Virus record (IMG/VR): IMGVR_UViG_3300044856_000228
Coordinates: 1-30,258 of that record
Reading direction: 5' to 3' (one strand)
From: a virus
Length of the DNA stretch: 30,258 nucleotides
Below, in pieces: positions 23,650 to 30,258 of the stretch; positions within the stretch are counted from its first letter, which is position 1, and the number at the start of each line of letters is the position of its first letter. A program made the translations under genes and the position numbers. The notes below the pieces were generated by a model, which was not told the DNA's origin, ran no database searches, and saw only the letters and a program-made list of their open reading frames with translations.

Positions 23650-24261
23650 ATGACATATGGAGAATGTAAAAAACAAATATTAGCATTGATAGAAGAATAT
23701 ACACCTAATAACAAAAATCTAACAGAAGATGAAGACATTGCAACTAGAATGCCATTTTTAGTTGATTTAGCATATCAGGAGTTAGCTCAAACCAAAAAGA
23801 TAATTGCTACTAAGATATATGCAGAGATAACAGATGATAATAAACAAGATAAATTTACTTCTTACACATTACCAAGTGATTTATATCAAATAAGAAGTGT
23901 ATATTTGTTAAATGCTAATAATAAAAAAGGTAATTCAGACTATTATTTAATGGGAAAAAATAAAATATATATAAATGATAATAATCCAGGGCAAACAGTG
24001 GTAGAGTATTATAAATTTCCAACCACAATAAATGACAAGACAAAAGATAGTTTCTATTTAGAGATAGATCAAGATGCACAAAGTGTTTTACCATACAAGG
24101 TAGCAAATGATTTATTAGTAACGGATCCGAGCGCAGATTATACAGCATTCGCAACAGAGTATCAAAGAAAATTACAATTGTTAGATACAAGAAAGAATAT
24201 ACCAGCTGTAAATTTAAAAGAGTATGAGCCAGAAGAGAATGAAGGAGAATTTGATATATAG
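23650..24261 (+). CDS. Head-tail connector/adaptor-like protein
   Basis: Start MTYGECKKQILALIEEYTPNNKNLTEDEDIATRMPFLVDLAYQELA after GGGAGG; position and size typical of podovirus adaptor. Confidence 0.65.
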   Translation: MTYGECKKQILALIEEYTPNNKNLTEDEDIATRMPFLVDLAYQELAQTKKIIATKIYAEITDDNKQDKFTSYTLPSDLYQIRSVYLLNANNKKGNSDYYLMGKNKIYINDNNPGQTVVEYYKFPTTINDKTKDSFYLEIDQDAQSVLPYKVANDLLVTDPSADYTAFATEYQRKLQLLDTRKNIPAVNLKEYEPEENEGEFDI

Positions 24262-24272
24262 GAGGAATAGAC

Positions 24273-26096
24273 ATGGCAACAGGAGTTAAACGTGTATATA
24301 CAGATTTCAAAGGTGTTGACTTTTTAGAAGAGCCTAGTTTAGTTAATATTACAAGAAGTCCTGATGCCTTGAACATTTGGAAAAATTACGAGGATACACA
24401 AGGAGCATGTATAGAAACTAGACCAGGATATAGAAAATTAGCACAAATAGGAACAGGTCCTATATTAGGAATATATGTATATAGTAATTCTATTGCAATA
24501 ATACATTCTGGAACAAAATTATATGAATGGAACAACTTCCCTAATGAGCCAGAAACAGAAAATATAAAAGAAGTATATTCAGATATGAACAATAAGAAAT
24601 CATATTATAACAAAATAGGAGAGAAATTATACATAAATGATGGAAAGACATATTTAGTTTATTATGATAATACGTGTAAAAAAGTTATAAATGATGATCC
24701 TTTTATTCCTACAACAACGATTAGTAGAATAGCTGGTAATATTGGTGGTGGAGAAACATTACAAGATGTAAATGTATTAACTCCTAAAAGAACGAACTCA
24801 TTTTGTGGTGATGGAGAAAACAATACTTTTTATCTTGATACAACAGAAATTGATTCAGAAGCTGTAACTGCAATAGTAAATGATGTAGAGATGAGCGAAA
24901 ATACAGATTTTACAGTAGATAGGGTAGCAGGTAAAGTAACATTTATTGAAACACCATCTGAACCTAATTTAAGTGGCCAAGATAATGTTTTTATAACATT
25001 TTCTAAAACAGTTGAAGGTTATGCTGACAGAATAAATAAATGCACACAAGCATTATTGTTTGATAACAGATTATTCTTTACAGGTAATCCAGATTATCCT
25101 AATGCGGTATTCCATGCAGAGTTAAACAATCCACAATATATATCAGACCTAAATTATTATGAAGATGGAGCAGGAGATTCGCAAATTACTGGTATGACTG
25201 TAGGTAATAATATTCTATGGGTATTTAAGAATTTGGACCAAAATAATGCAAATGTATTTTATCATGAGCCAACGTTAGATACAGAAGCAGGAAAGATATA
25301 TCCAAGTAAGCAAGGTAATGTAAGTATTGGTTGTTATGCTGGAAGTACAAATTTTCAAGATGATATTGTTTATCTAAGCAGATATGGACTTGAAGGAGTA
25401 ACTACAGAGAAGATAGATAGTAGACAAGTTGTAGCACATAGAAGTACTTTAGTAGATGTAAAGATGACTAACGAAGGTGGATATCAAAATGCTTGTATGG
25501 TTATTTGGAAAGGTTATTTATGCATACTTGTAAATGGAAGAATTTATTTAGCAGATAGTAGACAAAAATATGCTAGTTTAAATAGTTTTGAGTATGAATG
25601 GTATTACTGGGATATAAGTAATGCAAATCCTAACATATTAAAAGAATATGATGACGAATTATATATTGGAGCCAAAGATGGCTCTATTTTTATTATTGAA
25701 GGAACAAATGATAATGGAGAAACAATATTGAGTTATTGGACAACTCCTATGGACAATTTTGGATATGATAATCAATTAAAAACAACTAACAAACGTGGAG
25801 GAATTACTAAAATAAAAACGATTCAAAATGGAAGAGTAAAGATAGCAAGAAGAACAGATAAATCCGAAGAATATAAATATACAACAGAGAAATCAGCAAC
25901 AGGATTTAGTTTTAATAATATTAGTTTTGCTAACTTTAGTTTTGTAACAACCAATAAATCATATGTACTTTATAAAATTAAAGAAAAGAAAATAAATGAA
26001 TTATCTTTAAAATTTTATAGCGATGAGAAAGATAAACCATTTGGAATATATAGTGCAACAATAGAGGCTTTTATAGGTGGATATATAAAGAAATGA
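24273..26096 (+). CDS. Head/tail stabilisation protein (P22 gp10-like)
   Basis: MATGVKRVYTDFKGVDFLEEPSLVNITRSPDALNIWKNYEDTQGACIETRPGYRKLAQIGTGPILGIYVY; ~607 aa beta-rich. Confidence 0.65.
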   Translation: MATGVKRVYTDFKGVDFLEEPSLVNITRSPDALNIWKNYEDTQGACIETRPGYRKLAQIGTGPILGIYVYSNSIAIIHSGTKLYEWNNFPNEPETENIKEVYSDMNNKKSYYNKIGEKLYINDGKTYLVYYDNTCKKVINDDPFIPTTTISRIAGNIGGGETLQDVNVLTPKRTNSFCGDGENNTFYLDTTEIDSEAVTAIVNDVEMSENTDFTVDRVAGKVTFIETPSEPNLSGQDNVFITFSKTVEGYADRINKCTQALLFDNRLFFTGNPDYPNAVFHAELNNPQYISDLNYYEDGAGDSQITGMTVGNNILWVFKNLDQNNANVFYHEPTLDTEAGKIYPSKQGNVSIGCYAGSTNFQDDIVYLSRYGLEGVTTEKIDSRQVVAHRSTLVDVKMTNEGGYQNACMVIWKGYLCILVNGRIYLADSRQKYASLNSFEYEWYYWDISNANPNILKEYDDELYIGAKDGSIFIIEGTNDNGETILSYWTTPMDNFGYDNQLKTTNKRGGITKIKTIQNGRVKIARRTDKSEEYKYTTEKSATGFSFNNISFANFSFVTTNKSYVLYKIKEKKINELSLKFYSDEKDKPFGIYSATIEAFIGGYIKK

Positions 26097-26106
26097 GGTG
26101 TAATAA

Positions 26107-26535
26107 ATGAGTTTACCAGATTGTACAGTAGAAACAAATAATGTACAAAATTTAGCAGATTCTCCTACAGAATCAGCACAAGATTTGAAAAAAATTTTTG
26201 ATAGAACAGGGGAAGATATAAAAGATTATATAAATGACGAATTAATACCAGCAATTAATAAAGATATTTCGGATTCACAATCTGCAACACAAAAATTGAT
26301 TTTAAAAACATATAAACACAATGTGACAACATTGGCAGATATACTAGAAACTGAGGATTATACAATACCAGCAACTTATAAAGTGAACACTAATGGATTA
26401 GATGTTTATTTTGAAGGCTCTTTATTAGCATTAAATGAACATTATAAAGAAAGAGGTACAGGTCAAAGTAATAAGATAAGATTTAATTTTACAGTACCAA
26501 AAGATAGTGTACTAACATTTGTAATAAGAAAATAG
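26107..26535 (+). CDS. Hypothetical virion protein (tail-fibre N-terminus-like)
   Basis: VETNNVQNLADSPTESAQDLKKIFDRTGEDIKDYINDELI. Confidence 0.5.
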   Translation: MSLPDCTVETNNVQNLADSPTESAQDLKKIFDRTGEDIKDYINDELIPAINKDISDSQSATQKLILKTYKHNVTTLADILETEDYTIPATYKVNTNGLDVYFEGSLLALNEHYKERGTGQSNKIRFNFTVPKDSVLTFVIRK

Positions 26536-26546
26536 ACAGAAAGTAG

Positions 26547-27461
26547 GTGAAGAACTTGGCAAGTGGATATGAGGATTTAGATAGTTTAGTTAATCAACAA
26601 AATAGTTTATTACAACAGCAGGAACAAAAACAAAATGACTTGATTAATCAGCAAACTCAAATGCAAGTTGATGAGCTTAATAGAGAAAAAGAAAAATTAG
26701 ATAAGGAAACAAGTAAGACAACACAAGGTTTATATTCAAGTTATCAGAAACAAGCTAACCAATATGGGGCTGGAATGGAACAACTAGCAATGCAAGGTCT
26801 AGGTAATTCTGGATATGCAGAGACAACTAGAACATCCTTATACAATGCATATCAAAAAAGTGTTACTGATACTTTAAATAATGCTAATGATTTAAAAGCA
26901 GATTATGATTTTAAAATACAACAAGCACGTCAAAATGGTAGTATTCAACAAGCACAAAGTGCATTAGAGTTATATGCTCAAAAGGTACAATTGTTAACAC
27001 AGAACTATCAATTAAGACAAGAGAGAGAACAATATTTATATCAACAACAAAGAGACCAAATTGCAGATCAACAATGGCAAAAATCTTTTGATGAGCAAGT
27101 AAGACAAAACGAACTTGAAAATCAATATAGGCAGCAACAATTTGAATATCAAAAACAAAGGGATGCAGTAGCAGATTCACAATGGCAACAACAATTCAAT
27201 CTTCAAAAAAAAAATCTAGCTAAAAGCTCTTCACGTAGTAGTTCTAGAAAATCAAGTAGCTCGAGTACAAATAAAGTGAATACAGGTAACAGTAATTCAA
27301 ATAAAAGTAGTAGACCATCAGCGGAAGAAGTGGTAAAGAATATAAAACTTGTAAATAATCAAGGACCAGGTTTAAGTGCATATGTTATAGATGGATTAAC
27401 AGGTAAGAAATATAATAAAGCGGAAGATATATTAAAAGCATATGGTATTGGATATGAATAG
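26547..27461 (+). CDS. Gln-rich coiled-coil internal virion protein (GTG start)
   Basis: Long Q/E/K helices, MEQLAMQGLGNSGYAETTRTSLYNAYQKSVTD, Ser-rich C-terminus; sits before the giant ejection ORF. Confidence 0.6.
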   Translation: MKNLASGYEDLDSLVNQQNSLLQQQEQKQNDLINQQTQMQVDELNREKEKLDKETSKTTQGLYSSYQKQANQYGAGMEQLAMQGLGNSGYAETTRTSLYNAYQKSVTDTLNNANDLKADYDFKIQQARQNGSIQQAQSALELYAQKVQLLTQNYQLRQEREQYLYQQQRDQIADQQWQKSFDEQVRQNELENQYRQQQFEYQKQRDAVADSQWQQQFNLQKKNLAKSSSRSSSRKSSSSSTNKVNTGNSNSNKSSRPSAEEVVKNIKLVNNQGPGLSAYVIDGLTGKKYNKAEDILKAYGIGYE

Positions 27462-27470
27462 GAGGCACCT

Positions 27471-30258
27471 ATGGGTTGGGTATATTTAGATGAGATAGAT
27501 GATGAAGATAAAAGAAAAAAATTAGAGGAAAAATATGACCAGCATATAAAAGAAGTAGAAGATAAACGAAGTTCATATTTACAACAGACAGGGCTAGATA
27601 CAATTTATAGTGGAGATTATAGTAATAATAGTGATGGATTTAATACAGCAGGTAGAAATGATTTTGCAGTACAAGCCCCATTGTGGGATCAAATAAAAAC
27701 TACTGCTAGCAATATGTTGGGAAATGTAGGGTATGGTTTAGGTAATGGACTAATAGGCTTTGCACAAAATGAACGTAGAAATCAAACAGTTGAAAAAAGT
27801 TTGGATTTATTTAATAAAATTAATATTAGTAGTCCAATGAGTATATTGAATAACACATTTAGTCGTTTAGGAAAATCAATAGATTCAACTTTAGAATATG
27901 CTTTTAAGGATAACACAAACTATAATAATTTTAAGAAGACTAAAGAAAATACCGAAAATAATATATTAAGTAAGATAGATGAAAAATTACAAAAGCAAGA
28001 AGATATAAATAATGAAAATATACAAAAAAACGTTCAAGAAACTACAAATCCAATAGGCCAGAAGTTAGTGGAGATAGCTCCTTCATTAGGACAAATGATT
28101 CCTTCTGCAATACCTGGAATAGGAACATTATATTCAGTTGGTTCTGCTACAGATAGCTATTATGATGAGGCGAAATCAAGAGGAATGAATGATGAGCAGG
28201 CAAGTAATTATAGTCAAATCATGGGTATAGCTGAAGGATTAACGGAACAAATTGGAGTTGGAAAGTTAGTTAAAGGTGGAAAAGGTATTGCAAAAGGAAC
28301 TGTTAAAGAAGCTTTTAAAGACTTTGGAATAGGTGTGGCAGATAACTTCATTCAAGAAGCAGTAATTGAACCAATATCTGAAGGTGTTACCAAAGCAACA
28401 GCAGGAGATGAATATTTAAAAAATGATTATAGAACATCAGAAGGTTGGAAGAATTTAGGCAAAGATATGTTGCAATCTGGAATTGATGGAGCAATAACAG
28501 CTGGAATAATGGGTGGAGTATCTGCTGGTTTAGGTAAATCAATTAATATTTATAATAAATTAAAAAACGGTCAACAGCCAACAGCAAATGAATATAAAGA
28601 AGCATTTAATGAACAAAGAGAAAAAGGCATTGATGTAGATGAAAATGTACAAAATGAATTTAAAAATAGAATAAATAAATCAATACAAGAAACTAAGTCA
28701 AAATATATGCAATCAACAGATCACAATAATATTAGCAATCAAACAAACACACAACAAGGTATAGCTAATAGACTAAATGAAATTGTAAAAAATGATAAAT
28801 ATTTATCACAAGAAGATAAACAAGCAATGATTGATGCGACTAATAATTTAGCTTCTAAAAATCAACTAGACACTGACAATACATTAGATGCAATTAATCA
28901 GATAAAACAAATGTCACAATTGTCTCAAGAACAAAAAGACCAATTGGATGCAGGTAAAAAATATCTATCAGGAAGAAAAGAAATATATAATAAATATAGA
29001 AATGTAACTGATTACGATAATTCAATTGTACAACAAGCAAAAGATACTGTAGCACCAAACAAACAAGGTAAAAGAACAAAAGAACAATGGCTAGATGTAG
29101 CAAAATATATTGGTACTAATATAGCAGATAGACCTAATTCTGAAATACAAAAAATTGCCTATAAAAGTTGGCAAGAGGAAACACCTAATAATTCAGCCAC
29201 CTTAAATAAACAAGGCCAAAAATATGTGAAATTCATGTCTGATGATTGGATAGATACTATATACGATGCAGTAGATAAACAAAGACAAAAAAGTGGATAT
29301 GTAGCAAATAATGATACAGTAAATGCATTAGATAATCTTTATAATGAGTATACAAACAATCAAGTGCTTCAAAATAATAATATTCAAAATAACATTGATA
29401 CCTCAAAGATGAACTTAGTAGATAGTGCAAAAGCATATAATTTAAATGGTAATGATGAAACAATACAAAGTATAAATCAAAAACTAAATGACAGAGGAAT
29501 AGCAAGTAGATTTGATGGAAATTTATTTACAAATGCTGATGGAACTCCTAACAAAAATATTAATGCATTGTGGAGAACAACTACAGATGAAAACGGAAAT
29601 ACACATAGAGAAATAGTATTTAATCCTTATGTGGATGGAGATATAAATGAGCAAAAAACAATGCAACAAGTAACCATACACGAAATGCTACACGATATGG
29701 CTGGAGATAAGCAAGTAAGAAGTGATTTATTTAGTTTAATATTAGATAAAAATAAAACTAGAGATGGATATGGTGATGCAAGAAGTAATTTAGAAGAAAT
29801 GTATTCACAAGTATATGATAAAAATAGCGAAAACTTTAAAGATTTAGTAGATGAAGAAGAGGTAGCAGATACATTAGCACAAAAGTTAGGAGACCAAGAT
29901 TTTATTAATTCTTTAAATAAAGAAAAGCCAAACGTATTCAAAAGAATATATGACTGGGTAGTAGATAAGTTAAACAAATTCACAGGAAGCAAAAATGAAA
30001 AAATTTATTGGGAAGATGTAAAGAATAAATTTGAAAATGCTTTTAGACAAGATTATCAAGGAAATAATATTGAAAAATCAAAATTCAGTATTAATTCTAA
30101 TTTCAATCAAGAATATGATAGTTGGAACAAAATTGATAGACAAGGTAACTTTTTGATAGGAAGAACATCAGAAGCTTTAAAAAGTATAGGTTTAGATGAT
30201 TATGATATAGTACTTGATAAATCTAAGATATTAAAAATAAAAAATGACCACCCTGAAA
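27471..30258 (+). CDS. Very large ejection/polyvalent-type virion protein, 3' truncated by the window (absent from ORF track)
   Basis: Open from ATG 27471 (MGWVYLDEIDDEDKRKKLEEKYDQHIKEVEDK...) to the window end, 929+ codons. Gly/Ala-rich hydrophobic region SLGQMIPSAIPGIGTLYSVGSATDSYYDE...; zincin motif VTIHEMLHDMAG with EEVADTLAQKL; C-term NFLIGRTSEALKSIGLDDYDIVLDKSKILKIKNDHP. Confidence 0.85.
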   Translation, partial: MGWVYLDEIDDEDKRKKLEEKYDQHIKEVEDKRSSYLQQTGLDTIYSGDYSNNSDGFNTAGRNDFAVQAPLWDQIKTTASNMLGNVGYGLGNGLIGFAQNERRNQTVEKSLDLFNKINISSPMSILNNTFSRLGKSIDSTLEYAFKDNTNYNNFKKTKENTENNILSKIDEKLQKQEDINNENIQKNVQETTNPIGQKLVEIAPSLGQMIPSAIPGIGTLYSVGSATDSYYDEAKSRGMNDEQASNYSQIMGIAEGLTEQIGVGKLVKGGKGIAKGTVKEAFKDFGIGVADNFIQEAVIEPISEGVTKATAGDEYLKNDYRTSEGWKNLGKDMLQSGIDGAITAGIMGGVSAGLGKSINIYNKLKNGQQPTANEYKEAFNEQREKGIDVDENVQNEFKNRINKSIQETKSKYMQSTDHNNISNQTNTQQGIANRLNEIVKNDKYLSQEDKQAMIDATNNLASKNQLDTDNTLDAINQIKQMSQLSQEQKDQLDAGKKYLSGRKEIYNKYRNVTDYDNSIVQQAKDTVAPNKQGKRTKEQWLDVAKYIGTNIADRPNSEIQKIAYKSWQEETPNNSATLNKQGQKYVKFMSDDWIDTIYDAVDKQRQKSGYVANNDTVNALDNLYNEYTNNQVLQNNNIQNNIDTSKMNLVDSAKAYNLNGNDETIQSINQKLNDRGIASRFDGNLFTNADGTPNKNINALWRTTTDENGNTHREIVFNPYVDGDINEQKTMQQVTIHEMLHDMAGDKQVRSDLFSLILDKNKTRDGYGDARSNLEEMYSQVYDKNSENFKDLVDEEEVADTLAQKLGDQDFINSLNKEKPNVFKRIYDWVVDKLNKFTGSKNEKIYWEDVKNKFENAFRQDYQGNNIEKSKFSINSNFNQEYDSWNKIDRQGNFLIGRTSEALKSIGLDDYDIVLDKSKILKIKNDHPE

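Noticed and set aside
17320-26911. Minus-strand ORFs in the late operon (for example 17320-17583, 17864-18169, 19895-20113, 21767-22102, 23915-24376, 26911-27180)
   Set aside because: Antisense to terS, terL, portal, scaffold, connector and internal-protein genes; no independent support.
28894-29992. Reverse-strand ORFs 28894-29103, 29257-29505 and 29627-29992
   Set aside because: They are antisense to the long open plus-strand ORF from 27471, have Phe/Leu/Tyr/His-rich composition typical of shadow ORFs in AT-rich DNA, and lack clear RBS.
1-30258. Stop-codon recoding in this phage, prompted by the phage tRNA-Trp
   Set aside because: Genes use TAA, TAG and TGA as terminators consistent with tight gene packing, and the tRNA-Trp anticodon is CCA (UGG only), so there is no sign of TGA or TAG reassignment.

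Overview
The window looks like the left part of an integrated, AT-rich prophage of a low-GC Gram-positive (Clostridia-like) host. It begins with the 3' end of a host prolyl-tRNA synthetase gene. The prophage then runs: tyrosine integrase (-); a lysogeny-side block on the minus strand (DUF3644 protein, secreted/TM protein, S24/CI-type repressor); a divergent promoter with TTACAG/CTGTAA operators; a long early operon (Cro-like HTH, DUF1351, RecT, MBL-fold hydrolase, HNH-like protein, prohibitin/SPFH, DUF6291/DnaD-like replication protein, cysteine-cluster protein, RusA-like resolvase, NUMOD4/HNH endonuclease, many small ORFs); a sigma-like late regulator; and a late operon consistent with a short-tailed (podovirus-like) virion (terS, terL, portal, scaffold, capsid, connector, P22 gp10-like protein, internal/ejection proteins). 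The last ORF is missing from the ORF track because it runs off the window. It carries an HEMLH zincin motif and the start of a possible toxin/nuclease-like domain. I read three tRNA genes: Met(CAU), Trp(CCA), and a reverse-strand class-II Leu-like tRNA with the odd anticodon ACC. The best candidate for an undescribed system is a ~100-nt structured RNA with its own promoter and terminator at about 1665-1768(+). It converges on and overlaps the 3' end of a DUF3644 gene whose protein has an HEPN-like RxxxxH motif. This is a possible RNA-regulated RNase, abortive-infection or toxin-antitoxin unit. Other leads are a DUF2829/Tad2-like putative anti-defence protein, an MBL protein next to RecT with no exonuclease visible, several perfect intergenic hairpins, and terminator-like hairpins directly 5' of two tRNA genes. 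All family names come from recognising sequence motifs by eye; no database search was run.
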